Below, one piece after another: positions 18,650 to 28,217 of a DNA stretch of 64,000 bases; positions within the stretch are counted from its first letter, which is position 1; every line of letters begins with the position of its first letter. Below the pieces are notes generated by a model. The model was not told the DNA's origin. It did not search any database and was given only the letters and a program-made list of their open reading frames with translations. Position numbers and translations under genes: made by a program. Source of the stretch: Terriglobia bacterium (lineage in GTDB: Bacteria; Acidobacteriota; Terriglobia; JAJPHL01; JAPKYU01); NCBI GenBank assembly GCA_965206645.1, contig CBDBKE010000004.1:928001-992000 (forward strand), written 5' to 3'.

Positions 18650-19636
18650 CTAGCGGGACTCGCTGACGCGAGGCAGCACCACGCGGTCGATGGCCTCCTC
18701 GTCCCAGCTTTCCAGTGCTACCCCCTTGTGGAGCGACCAACGCTCGGTGTGTTCCACGGTAGCTCCCGGGGCGAGTGTGCCCAGGGGGCTCAGAGTCTCC
18801 AGTTCGAGCATGTCGGCGTTGGTGAAGATCTCCACCGAGCTGCCAAAATCGGGATAAGTGCCCTCTTTAACAAAATCAAACTTCTTTACGAACAGGTGTC
18901 CGTTGCGCAGGTAGGCTGACCAGCCATCCGGGACCGTGGCGCCCGCCTTTTGCGGAACGCCCCCAGGGTCCTGCTGCAGGGTGATGTACTTGAAGCCCAG
19001 GGTCCAGCGTAGGTCGCGAAAATCGGTATAGGCCCACAACACCAGCGGGTGCGTTGGTACCACCATCTCGGTGTGCTTGGCGCGCGGCGGCATCGGGACG
19101 ATGACCCGGCCTCCCTGTGCCAGCACGCTGATCGACCAGGGCGCTATTTCTATTGCCCAGGCGTTCTTGTTGCGGAGCCTGTGAATTACTTCGACCCGCG
19201 GGGCATCGGCTGCCATCCGGATCTCGATCTCCTTTTGGATACCCGTGGTCTCCTCCACCGGCTGGATCGCGTGCAGCCGTCCGTCCCCAGCGCGCACCTC
19301 AATGGGCGAATTATCCGGTGCGTAGCTGCGAGGCCGCAGCTCGGGAGCGTGCCAGAGCCTGTGCCCGCCGTAGATTCGCCACTCGCTGCCGCCGGTTTTA
19401 CCCACCTGGTCCGCATATTCCTTGAACTCGTTCTCCTCGCCGACGAAACCAAACCGGATAATCCGCGGTCCCACATCGGCCGTCAGAATCAGCTCGATCT
19501 GGCCGTTGGTCATCCGGTAGCAGTTCGACCAGCCTTTGTAAGGTGCTTTCTCAATCTTCACTCCCGGCGCGGCGCCGGCCAGGGTCGAAAACAGCAATAA
19601 CGAAGAAATCAGCAACGTGGCGTTGAACTCGTGCAT
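18650..19636 (-). CDS. Secreted hypothetical protein, DUF4380/galactose-mutarotase-like
   Basis: ATG 19636 with AAGGAG SD; signal peptide; GPRII, YGGHRLWHAPE, ELETLSPL motifs. Confidence 0.7.
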   Translation of the reverse strand: MHEFNATLLISSLLLFSTLAGAAPGVKIEKAPYKGWSNCYRMTNGQIELILTADVGPRIIRFGFVGEENEFKEYADQVGKTGGSEWRIYGGHRLWHAPELRPRSYAPDNSPIEVRAGDGRLHAIQPVEETTGIQKEIEIRMAADAPRVEVIHRLRNKNAWAIEIAPWSISVLAQGGRVIVPMPPRAKHTEMVVPTHPLVLWAYTDFRDLRWTLGFKYITLQQDPGGVPQKAGATVPDGWSAYLRNGHLFVKKFDFVKEGTYPDFGSSVEIFTNADMLELETLSPLGTLAPGATVEHTERWSLHKGVALESWDEEAIDRVVLPRVSESR

Positions 19637-19699
19637 GGGCAGTCTCCTTGGAAGATTGGGCAAGCCACTATAGCAGGTGTCGGCTGTGGGTGTCACATG

Positions 19700-19762
19700 A
19701 GGCTTGAGCCTGGAGGCGTGAGCCTTTAGGCTTGAGACTTTGGTCGTGAGGCTCGAGACCAC
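19700..19762. repeat. Degenerate 7-bp tandem repeat tract (about 9 units)
   Basis: aggcttg agcctgg aggcgtg agccttt aggcttg agacttt ggtcgtg aggctcg agaccac. Confidence 0.8.
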
Positions 19763-19794
19763 AACCTGACATCTGTGAGCTAAGACCGCCGCCT

Positions 19795-21123
19795 ATGCTT
19801 CGCCGACTGGCTGCTTTCTTCGTCGGGCTGGCACAACGCTACATGCCGGACCCATTCTTGCTGGCGTTGTTGCTGACGTTTGTGACCTTCGGTCTGGCCC
19901 TGGCCGTGACTCCGCACGGACCCATGGACTTGCTGGGATTCTGGTATGCGGGGCTGTGGAAGATCCTGACGTTTGCCATGCAGATGATCCTGACCCTGCT
20001 GACCGGTTACACGCTGGCCCGCTCGACCCCGGTGCGGCGTTTGCTGGGTTGGGTGGCGTCTCGCCCTCGCACCCCAGCCAGCGCTGCGATCCTGGTGGTG
20101 CTGGTGGCCACTTTCAGTTCGCTGTTGAACTGGGGATTCGGTCTGGTGGTCGGTGCGTTGGTGGCGCGGGAAGTGGGGCGCCGGGTCCAGGTGGACTTCG
20201 CCTTCCTGGTTGCGTGCGCCTACTCCGGTTTCGTGGTCTGGGGTTCGGGGCTATCCAGTTCGATTGCCCTGGTTTCGGCCACCGAAGGCAGTCCGATGAA
20301 CGTCATCGCCACCTATACCGGACGCGCTGTGACGCCGGTGAGCGAGACCCTTCTGGCACCCTACAACCTGGCCCTGGTGGCCGCAACGCTGGTGCTCTTG
20401 CCGCTGCTGTTCTGGGCCATGATGCCGACGCCGGAACAGTCACGGCCCGCCGACCCTAACCTGCTGCCCGACCCGGAGGAGCCGCCGGCGACGCCGGAAC
20501 GCACTCCCGCAGCCCGGCTGGAAAACAGTCCGGTGTTAGGCCTGCTGCTGGCGGCGATGGGCGCAGCATACCTGGCCCGTCATTTCTACCGCAATGGCTT
20601 CTCCATTAACTTTGACGTGCTCATCCTGGGGTTTCTGGTGGCGGGTCTGATCTTTCACGTTCGTCCGATCGCCTATGCCCGTGCCTTCTATCAATCCGCC
20701 CACGTGGCCGGCCCCTTGGCGCTCCAGTACCCTCTCTACGGTGGCATTATGGGTCTGATGGGAGCCGGATTGGCCGACTGGATTTCCAGCGGAGTCGTCG
20801 CGGTTTCCACCCCGCGCACCTTGCCTCTGTGGAGCTTCTTCTCCGCGACGGTGATCACCGTGTTCATTCCTTCCGGAGGAGGGCAATGGGCGGTTCAGGG
20901 GCCGTTCATGATCCCGCCCGGTATTGAGCTAGGCGTCGCGCCATCGGTCACTGCCATGGCCGTTGCTTTTGGCGACCAAACCGGCAACATGCTGCAACCC
21001 TTCTTTGCGCTGCCTGTCCTGGCCATCGCCGGGCTGGGCATCCGCGACATTATGGGTTACTGCGTGATGACCTTCCTGCTGAGTACGGTGCTGTCTTCGC
21101 TGGTGCTCTTGCTGCTGGCGTAA
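19795..21123 (+). CDS. atoE: Short-chain fatty acid transporter, AtoE family
   Basis: RYMPDPF, FAMQM, LNWGFGLV, PSGGGQWAVQGP, NMLQPFFALP; multiple TM helices. Confidence 0.88.
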   Translation: MLRRLAAFFVGLAQRYMPDPFLLALLLTFVTFGLALAVTPHGPMDLLGFWYAGLWKILTFAMQMILTLLTGYTLARSTPVRRLLGWVASRPRTPASAAILVVLVATFSSLLNWGFGLVVGALVAREVGRRVQVDFAFLVACAYSGFVVWGSGLSSSIALVSATEGSPMNVIATYTGRAVTPVSETLLAPYNLALVAATLVLLPLLFWAMMPTPEQSRPADPNLLPDPEEPPATPERTPAARLENSPVLGLLLAAMGAAYLARHFYRNGFSINFDVLILGFLVAGLIFHVRPIAYARAFYQSAHVAGPLALQYPLYGGIMGLMGAGLADWISSGVVAVSTPRTLPLWSFFSATVITVFIPSGGGQWAVQGPFMIPPGIELGVAPSVTAMAVAFGDQTGNMLQPFFALPVLAIAGLGIRDIMGYCVMTFLLSTVLSSLVLLLLA

Positions 21124-21228
21124 GCGGTCTCCGTGAGTGCCCACCGTCGAACTCGGCAGTAGAGGTAGCTTGGACTGGCCGCTCGGCCGGGCCGAGGAGG
21201 GTAGTGCCAGTCGGGGAGGATAGTTCTA

Positions 21229-21714
21229 ATGAAGCTGTACTTGGTCCAGCACGGAGAAAGCAAGTCGGAATCCGAGGACCCGGAGCGGCCGCTGTCCGAA
21301 GCCGGCCGCAAAACCGTAGAAACAGCGGGTAGGCACCTGGTGAAAACCAGCTTATTCCCAAGCGGCCTGACCATCCGGCACAGCGGCAAGCTGCGCGCAG
21401 CGCAGACTGCCGAAATTCTGGGTTCTTGCTTTGGTTTGACTGCCAAGCCGGAGGCCGTTGGCGGACTGGCGCCCAATGACCCTCCCGAGACGGCACTGAA
21501 ATTGGTCGCCGGCAGCTCGGGTGACCTGATGCTGGTGGGACATCTACCCCATCTGAGCCGCCTGGCGTCGCACTTGCTGGCAGGCACTACTGAGCGGTCG
21601 GTCGTGCGCTTCCGGATGGGGGGCGTCGTGTGCCTGGCCCGGCAGCATTCGGACGCTTGGGAACTGGAATGGGCACTGGTGCCAGAACTTGCCGCCGCCC
21701 ATTCGGCTCCCTAG
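21229..21714 (+). CDS. sixA: Phosphohistidine phosphatase SixA
   Basis: LYLVQHGE, RPLS, HSGKLRAAQTA, LVGHLPHL. Confidence 0.88.
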   Translation: MKLYLVQHGESKSESEDPERPLSEAGRKTVETAGRHLVKTSLFPSGLTIRHSGKLRAAQTAEILGSCFGLTAKPEAVGGLAPNDPPETALKLVAGSSGDLMLVGHLPHLSRLASHLLAGTTERSVVRFRMGGVVCLARQHSDAWELEWALVPELAAAHSAP

Positions 21715-21747
21715 CCGTTATACTGGAGACGGAACGCGAGTTCTCCG

Positions 21748-22422
21748 ATGCGGTTGGCATTGTGCGCGATCGGTCTCGAAGCGCTGCTTGTGGTCTGCGC
21801 GCAAGCCCAGACGCCCGCTCAGTCAATTGAAGTCCCTTACCGCGGGCTGAATTACTCGGTGCTGAGCAAAGGAGGGGTGACAGTGATGGTTGCACCTCTG
21901 GAACTCACCATCCTGGGATATTCGGCCGCCCATGTGTGGATCACGAACGGTTCGTCGTGCCCCATCCAGGTCGGGCCACAGGCCTTCACCACAAAGACAC
22001 GCGGCTCGGAGGTGCGACAGCCGGTCAAGGTTGTTGGGCTGCCGGAGGATCGGGTGGTGAGGGAGGTGATGCGGCGAGCACGCTTTGACGATGTCTTGTC
22101 GCTGGTGCGCGCCTATGAACGCAACCTCTACAGGTTTAAGAACGCCCAGGCGGTCGGCTACTACCAGAAGCGGAAACAGATCGCTCAGGCCGCAGGCGGC
22201 GGGCGGTTTCGAGCGGCCGCCACTGTTTCCGCGTTGGTGCTGCAACGGACGGAAGTTCCCCCCGGCGAATTCCGCGAAGGCACCGTATTCTTCCCCACAC
22301 GCGAGAAGCAAGCCGAATTTCTGGAGTTTTCCGCACGGCTGGACCACCTGTCCTTTCTTTTCTCCTCGCGCTCCTCGCGACTGCAACGTCCCGACTCAGA
22401 ACCGACCGACCGCCCCCGCTAA
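21748..22422 (+). CDS. Secreted hypothetical protein
   Basis: Signal-peptide-like N-terminus; fills the gap between sixA and efp. Confidence 0.65.
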   Translation: MRLALCAIGLEALLVVCAQAQTPAQSIEVPYRGLNYSVLSKGGVTVMVAPLELTILGYSAAHVWITNGSSCPIQVGPQAFTTKTRGSEVRQPVKVVGLPEDRVVREVMRRARFDDVLSLVRAYERNLYRFKNAQAVGYYQKRKQIAQAAGGGRFRAAATVSALVLQRTEVPPGEFREGTVFFPTREKQAEFLEFSARLDHLSFLFSSRSSRLQRPDSEPTDRPR

Positions 22423-22647
22423 CCTCAGCTTCCCTGCCCTCCTTATCTTAAGTGCCCTGAGGGCCAGCCCGTGCGAGCGACGCGAGTTCCGCTCGTAAAA
22501 CTATCCGTCTCGGCAGAGCCGCAGGATTGCTCCCGGGGCTGTGTTGCGCCGGGCAGGGCTTCTTGACTATAATGAAAAATTACGTAGGTCAAGGCCCGCC
22601 ATCGGCGGGTCATCGAGCCCCGGAAACCCCGAGGAGTTCTACCGTTC

Positions 22648-23208
22648 ATGCTTCAGGCAACCCAGTTGCGGCCAGGTGTCCTCATCAAACATGAGGGCGA
22701 GTTGTACTCCATCTTCAGCGCTTCCCACCGCACTCCCGGGAACAAACGAGGTTTTGTACAGACTCGCATGCGCAATCTCCGCTCTGGGGCGATGGTGGAT
22801 CACCGGTTCAGTTCAGAAGACCGCGTGGAGCGAGCCATCCTGGACGCGCAGGAGATGGAGTACCTGTACCGGGATGGTGAGGACTACCACTTCATGAACA
22901 CTGAAACCTACGAACAGACTCACCTGAGAAACGAGACGCTCGGTGAAACGATGGAGTACCTGATACCCAACCTCAAGATCACTGTGGAGTTCTACGACGG
23001 GAAACCGGTCGCCATCCAACTGCCGGCCACCGTGGACCTGGAAGTGGTGGAGACGGAGCCGTCGCTGAAAGGCGCCACCGCCTCCAACATGATGAAGCCC
23101 GCCAAGTTGGAGACCGGACTCGTCGTGCAGGTTCCCCCGTTCGTCAATACCGGGGACAGGGTCCGCGTGAACACCGCAGAAGGGACCTACCAGGAACGCG
23201 CCCAGTAG
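22648..23208 (+). CDS. efp: Translation elongation factor P
   Basis: HRTPGNKRG loop, YLYRDG, FMNTETYEQ, KPAKLETG, VPPFV; GAGGAG SD; TATAAT at 22568-22573. Confidence 0.97.
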   Translation: MLQATQLRPGVLIKHEGELYSIFSASHRTPGNKRGFVQTRMRNLRSGAMVDHRFSSEDRVERAILDAQEMEYLYRDGEDYHFMNTETYEQTHLRNETLGETMEYLIPNLKITVEFYDGKPVAIQLPATVDLEVVETEPSLKGATASNMMKPAKLETGLVVQVPPFVNTGDRVRVNTAEGTYQERAQ

Positions 23209-23332
23209 CCCTCCTGGCAGAGGCCACGTTTCCCCCTGGCCAATCTGTAGCCGTTACACCGGAAAAAGACTTCCATGAACTTGCTAAGGATGCTGTCTTG
23301 ACACAACTTGTGGCACACTGGTGTCCACGCTC

Positions 23333-24319
23333 ATGTCCAGCAACTACGACGACAAACCGATCGAGCTGTCCGGCATCCAAACGGTCTCTCTGACCAAGCG
23401 CGCCGCCAAGGTGTCAGCGGAGGATTTTGCCCGGGAATACCGGCCCGGCGAAGGTTTTAAGGGTTGGTTGGATTCGTTGCCCATGATCCTGGCGGCGAAT
23501 TCGCTGGTGGAATTAGTCCAGGCCATGATGGAAGCCAGGCGGCTTGGCAAGCCGATTATCTGGGGCCTGGGAGGCCACGTGATCAAGTGCGGACTGGCAC
23601 CGGTACTGCTGGGATTGATGCGCCAGGGATTTGTGAGCGGAATGGCCATGAATGGCTCAGCCGCCATCCACGATGTGGAGATCGCCCTTTGCGGCAGCAC
23701 CTCCGAGGAAGTCGAAGCGGTGCTCGACGATGGGTCCTTTGGGATGGCGGAGGAAACCGCGCGGCTGCTGCAATCGGCAGCCGAGACGGCGGTGCGCGAG
23801 CAGATCGGTCTGGGCGAAGGGCTGGGCCGGGAGATTCTGGCACTGGCGACCGCGCCTGGTTCCTCGGGCAACAGCCGGCTGGACGTGAGCCTGTTGGCGG
23901 GCGCCTCCCGGGCGCGCGTGCCGGTTACTGTCCACGTGGCGCTCGGGGCCGATACGCCGCACATGCATCCATGCCTGGACCCGGCTGCCCAAGGTGCCGC
24001 CACTCATCACGACTTCCGCCTTCTTTGTGAGCTGCTCCGCAAGTTGGAGGGCGGCGGCGTTTACCTGAATGTCGGCTCCGCCGTCATGTTGCCGGAAGTG
24101 TTCCTGAAGGCGGTAACAGTGGTCCACAATCTGGGCCACCCGCTCCACCAGTTCTACACGGCCAACCTCGATTTCATACAGCACTACCGCCCGACGCAGA
24201 ACGTCGTGCGGCGGCCCACGGCCGCGGGTGGCAAGGGCTGGGCGCTCACCGGCCATCACGAAATCATGGTCCCGCTCCTGGCAGCTTTGTTGACCGAAGC
24301 CTCCCAGGCCGGGAAATGA
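23333..24319 (+). CDS. Deoxyhypusine-synthase-like (DHS-fold) protein
   Basis: IIWGLGGHVIKCG...MNGSAAIHDVEIAL, VPVTVHVALGAD, GSAVMLPEVFLKA resemble the bacterial DHS-like family; alternative GTG start at 23321. Confidence 0.7.
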   Translation: MSSNYDDKPIELSGIQTVSLTKRAAKVSAEDFAREYRPGEGFKGWLDSLPMILAANSLVELVQAMMEARRLGKPIIWGLGGHVIKCGLAPVLLGLMRQGFVSGMAMNGSAAIHDVEIALCGSTSEEVEAVLDDGSFGMAEETARLLQSAAETAVREQIGLGEGLGREILALATAPGSSGNSRLDVSLLAGASRARVPVTVHVALGADTPHMHPCLDPAAQGAATHHDFRLLCELLRKLEGGGVYLNVGSAVMLPEVFLKAVTVVHNLGHPLHQFYTANLDFIQHYRPTQNVVRRPTAAGGKGWALTGHHEIMVPLLAALLTEASQAGK

Positions 24320-25824
24320 GCAGAGCCACCCGGTGGCGTGCTGCCGCGCTGCTATTGGCGGTTCTCGCCGGCTATATCACCCTGCACATCCATCGCTGGG
24401 GACAGCCTGTTCCGCAGGTGTTCCACCCAGCCGGGGAGCACCAATGGCGCGCCGCCGACGGGCGGCAGATTCGGGCCGCCGATCTGGACGGCGATGGCGT
24501 CTACGACCGGTTCAGCCAGGCCAGTGGCTTCTTCGTGCGCCCTACTGCCGCCACGGCCGATAGCCGTCTGCTGATCCTGTGCCTTGACGGGGCACCGTAT
24601 TCCCAAATGCGCAATCTCTGGGACCAGGGGCACTTCAGAGAATTTTTTGCGTCGGTGGAGCTGATCAGCACCTTTCCTTCAGACTCCGAGACCGCCATGA
24701 CGGCGCTGCTGCACGCGCCGCCCGTTCCCGGCTACGAGAACGAGTATTTCGACCGCGGCCAAGGAACAGTGATCGGGGGCATCCGCGTTACCTTGCAGCA
24801 ATCATCGCCCTACCTGAAGAAGCTAGACTACGACGCGCCCGCGATTTTCAAGGGCATCCACTTCGTCGTGACCCGGAAGACCTTTCGGGCGGACCTGGGG
24901 CGCCTGCGCAAGCGGTTCCTGGCTTCACGCGCTCCCGTCTATGTTGCCCACATGTCCAGCACTGATGCGATGTACCACGTTCTGCCGTCCGGTGAAGTGC
25001 GGGCATTGCTCGAGGAGCTGGAAGCGCTGCTGCGCGACCTCTACTTCGAGGCCGCGGGCAAGCTGCGAATCGTGATGTTCTCCGACCACGGCAACGACCT
25101 GGTGCCCGGCCGGCCGGCACCCCTGCGTGAATCGCTGGAACAGGCTGGATTCCAGGTGAAAGAGCGGCTTGACGAGCCGCGCGCGGTCGCCATTCCGGAA
25201 TTTGGGCTGGTGATCTTCGCCGCGATCTACGCTGACACTGCAGTGGTGCCGGAGGCGGCGCACGTGCTGGCCGGGACGGAAGGGGTCGAAGCCGTTGTCT
25301 ATCGGGACGGGGACATGGTGCGCGTGCAATCCCACAATGGAGAGGCGACAGTTCAAGCCGACGCAGACAGCGCGCACTTCCTCTACCGCGCCGAACGCGG
25401 CGACCCGCTCCGCCTGCTACCGCTGTGGAATCAGTTGGAGGAGGCTGGGAAGCTCAACTCAGCCGGCTTTGCCCCCGACGAGGAACTATTCAGCGCGACT
25501 CTGAAGGGCCCATATCCAGATGCGCTGTTTCGGCTGTGGTATTCAATGCAGGACCCACCGCGGGGCCTGGTCGAGAACCGTGCCGACCTGCTGGTGAGTC
25601 TGGCCAACGGGTACTACTTTGGCCGGGGTTGGTTCGAGCATTTCGTCGAGCTCCGAAGTTCCCACGGCGCGCTCTCGCGACGCGCTTCCCTGGGCTTTGC
25701 CATGAGTACCGACGCTCCCTTCCCTCGCGCTGTCCGCTACAACGAGTTGCTGCAGCCACCGCAAGGCAGGGACGCCGCCAGCAGCGCCCTTCCGGAGCTG
25801 CCCGTATTTCCATTACCGCGCTGA
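24316..25824 (+). CDS. Membrane-anchored alkaline phosphatase superfamily protein (nucleotide pyrophosphatase/phosphodiesterase type)
   Basis: LCLDGAP, STFPS, TDAMYH, FSDHG, SHG metal-ligand motifs; N-terminal TM; ATGA overlap with the upstream gene. Confidence 0.8.
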   Translation: MSRATRWRAAALLLAVLAGYITLHIHRWGQPVPQVFHPAGEHQWRAADGRQIRAADLDGDGVYDRFSQASGFFVRPTAATADSRLLILCLDGAPYSQMRNLWDQGHFREFFASVELISTFPSDSETAMTALLHAPPVPGYENEYFDRGQGTVIGGIRVTLQQSSPYLKKLDYDAPAIFKGIHFVVTRKTFRADLGRLRKRFLASRAPVYVAHMSSTDAMYHVLPSGEVRALLEELEALLRDLYFEAAGKLRIVMFSDHGNDLVPGRPAPLRESLEQAGFQVKERLDEPRAVAIPEFGLVIFAAIYADTAVVPEAAHVLAGTEGVEAVVYRDGDMVRVQSHNGEATVQADADSAHFLYRAERGDPLRLLPLWNQLEEAGKLNSAGFAPDEELFSATLKGPYPDALFRLWYSMQDPPRGLVENRADLLVSLANGYYFGRGWFEHFVELRSSHGALSRRASLGFAMSTDAPFPRAVRYNELLQPPQGRDAASSALPELPVFPLPR

Positions 25825-25948
25825 GAGTCGATGAGAGCTTTGGTCAGGCAAGGGCACCTGTCCCTACAGTGCTTTATCCATCGCACCCTAAGCCATTGAT
25901 CCGTCTAGAGACGCCTGGTTGAGCCCCGAAGCCGGGTGATTGGTTTTG

Positions 25949-26884
25949 CTATTGGGAGAATTTGAGCCGGATGGTCCCCATCTCGAGGATATCGTCGTTC
26001 CCCAAGAGGACTGTCTCCTGATTTGCCATGCGCCGCCCGTTGATGACGGTAGGATTGGAATCCTTGCCAGCCAGGTTGACCAGCCGGAATTCCCCGGCTT
26101 GCGCGGAGTAGACCAGGCGCGCCTGGCGCCGGCTGAGCGTGTTGGCCTTGTCCTTGATCCGGACTCCGCCGGTGACGTCCGGGCTTTCCCGGCCGATTTC
26201 GACCTCGCCCATTCCGGATGGATCCGTTAAGTAGAGCACCTCTGTTTCCTGCGCGCCGTTCTGGTCGTCCAGCACGATCAGCTTCCCCGGAAGAATCTTT
26301 GTGGTCCTGTATTCTGCTGTTTCCTCTGCCCGATCCTCTACCACGATTGGCTTCGTCGGCAGAATCTTTCTGGTCTTGAATTCGGTGACATGCGAGCGGC
26401 CATCAACGCGGGGAGCATGACCGGCAAGGTGTGCAGCAGGAATAGGCGCAGGAGTTCTTACGTAGCGGCGGCTTGGGGCCGGAGAAGCTGGGAGTCTGCT
26501 TCCTCTCCACGCAATCACAAAGAGGATCAGCATCAAAGTCCCGGCAAGCGCCAGCCGTCTGCGCTTGTCCTGCTGTTTGCTGCCTGTGGATATGGGTTCG
26601 GTTTCCGCAGCCTCATGATGAATCTCACTAGATTCCGGATTCTTGATCGCCGTGCCAGTCACGCTGATTGGTAATGGCTGGTTCGCAAAGCGGATTAGGG
26701 CGCTCCCTCCGTCTTTGAGATAGTCACGGGTCGCCTCGAAGCCGCGCTCTAACTTTTCGATGGGGATAGCTGTTGGGGCATAGGGCCCGCTCGCTGACAG
26801 GGCTACGGCCGGTAAGCATGCTAGTAGGGCAATAGCGCGGAGGATGCCTCTTCCACCAACTCGTTCTTTGATCTTGTCTTCCAT
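25949..26884 (-). CDS. Membrane protein with C-terminal FHA domain
   Basis: Signal and TM segments; FHA motifs IGRES, LSRRQA, SNPTVING, LGNDDILEMG. Confidence 0.8.
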   Translation of the reverse strand: MEDKIKERVGGRGILRAIALLACLPAVALSASGPYAPTAIPIEKLERGFEATRDYLKDGGSALIRFANQPLPISVTGTAIKNPESSEIHHEAAETEPISTGSKQQDKRRRLALAGTLMLILFVIAWRGSRLPASPAPSRRYVRTPAPIPAAHLAGHAPRVDGRSHVTEFKTRKILPTKPIVVEDRAEETAEYRTTKILPGKLIVLDDQNGAQETEVLYLTDPSGMGEVEIGRESPDVTGGVRIKDKANTLSRRQARLVYSAQAGEFRLVNLAGKDSNPTVINGRRMANQETVLLGNDDILEMGTIRLKFSQ

Positions 26885-26952
26885 AACAGCACCTAGTTAA
26901 GCGCAGCCGCCCCAAGCCTCCAATAGGCTAGTAGTTACATTTTGCCCGGTAC
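26885..26952 (-). promoter_or_regulatory. Shared upstream module, copy A
   Basis: Ungapped 68-nt alignment with 28068-28135 (49/68 identical by hand count); core GCAAAATGTAACT. Confidence 0.75.
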
Positions 26953-27041
26953 TCTTGTACCAGCAGGGGCGCGCCCTACAGGTGGGAATCGGGGCTGCTA
27001 ATACTTTCTCAGGCTGCCGTGATTCCCTGAAACGGCAAGAG

Positions 27042-28067
27042 TTAACTCGGAATTCGCACATCGGTCCTTCCATGAAAATTCGCTCGAGCGGGGGCGCTTG
27101 CGCTTGGGGCCTCTACGGCCTCCTGCTCGACCTGGCCGGTTTGATTGTCGGCCACAACCGCCTGCTCGGCACGATCCAAGAGCTGGCCGGGGGAGTCGCC
27201 AGGTTGATAGGCGGTCCACCCAGAAACAAAGCTGACTGGAATCTTCTCCGCACGAAAGTCCACTTCCAGATCCGCCATGCGGAGAAGCGTGGCCGGCACC
27301 TGCTCGGGTCTACCTTCGGGGAACAGCACCATAAACTCGTCCTGGCCTGTGCGCGCGGCAAAATCCGAGTTTCGGATCGCTTTCTTGAGTTGTGCGCCAA
27401 AATGCTTCAGCACCAGATCGCCGGCCGAGCGTCCGTAGGAGTCGATGATCTGCGCGAAGTCCTTCAGATGCAGCGCCACCACGGTGAGTGAATTTTCCTC
27501 CCTCTGGGATCGGGCCAGCTCGGTAGATAGGTGCTCCTCAAGGAAGCGGCGGTTGTACAGTCCGGTGACGGGATCCAGCATCGCCAGCTGGTGAGAATCC
27601 TCGGTCCGGAATTTCAGGTTGAAGACCGAGTCAATCTGCTGGGACAGCAACATCGAATCAACCTGCCGGGACAGCTCATGCCGGATTCGTCTGCTCACCA
27701 TCTGCTGGACCACGGCATAGGCGCTGAAAAGCAGCACGATGGAAAACTGTGTCCAGAAGGACGCCGAGGAGAGTGCCAGCACGGTCCCCATCAGCAGCAG
27801 CACCGCTAGGGCCGCTGACCAGAGCCGCCAATCTCTCCGTTCCAGTTGCTGCAACCTGTCTTGAATCGCCGACAAGGCGGCGGCTGTGGCCTGAGGGGAC
27901 AATTGGTCCTCCCATTCCGACAGCCCGCTGGCGGTCGCCATGGGCTGGGGGTCAAGCTGGACGAAAGCCTCCTCTGGGAATGCAGGAGGGTTCCCCAGAG
28001 TCACTACATCAGAAGTGTTTTGGCTCATGGTAGCTCGGAGGCCGACTAGGTTCTTGTCGCTTTCCAT
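27042..28067 (-). CDS. Membrane GGDEF-domain protein with degenerate GQDEF active site
   Basis: DPVTGLYNRRF, YGRSAGDLVL, RNSDFAARTGQDEF; two TM helices. Confidence 0.85.
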   Translation of the reverse strand: MESDKNLVGLRATMSQNTSDVVTLGNPPAFPEEAFVQLDPQPMATASGLSEWEDQLSPQATAAALSAIQDRLQQLERRDWRLWSAALAVLLLMGTVLALSSASFWTQFSIVLLFSAYAVVQQMVSRRIRHELSRQVDSMLLSQQIDSVFNLKFRTEDSHQLAMLDPVTGLYNRRFLEEHLSTELARSQREENSLTVVALHLKDFAQIIDSYGRSAGDLVLKHFGAQLKKAIRNSDFAARTGQDEFMVLFPEGRPEQVPATLLRMADLEVDFRAEKIPVSFVSGWTAYQPGDSPGQLLDRAEQAVVADNQTGQVEQEAVEAPSASAPARANFHGRTDVRIPS

Positions 28068-28135
28068 AACCGCGTCTAGTTAAACGCAGTCGCAGCGACT
28101 GGCTAATGGGCCAACAGTTACATTTTGCTCGATAC
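28068..28135 (-). promoter_or_regulatory. Shared upstream module, copy B
   Basis: gtatcgagcaaaatgtaact...gcgactgcgtttaactagacgcggttATG, colinear with copy A. Confidence 0.75.
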
Positions 28136-28217
28136 CTTCGGACCGGTAAGCGCAGGCCCTTTCCGTTGCCGATGGCCCCCAGCCGAGAACACAATCTTGC
28201 CTTGTCTTGGCATCTAC

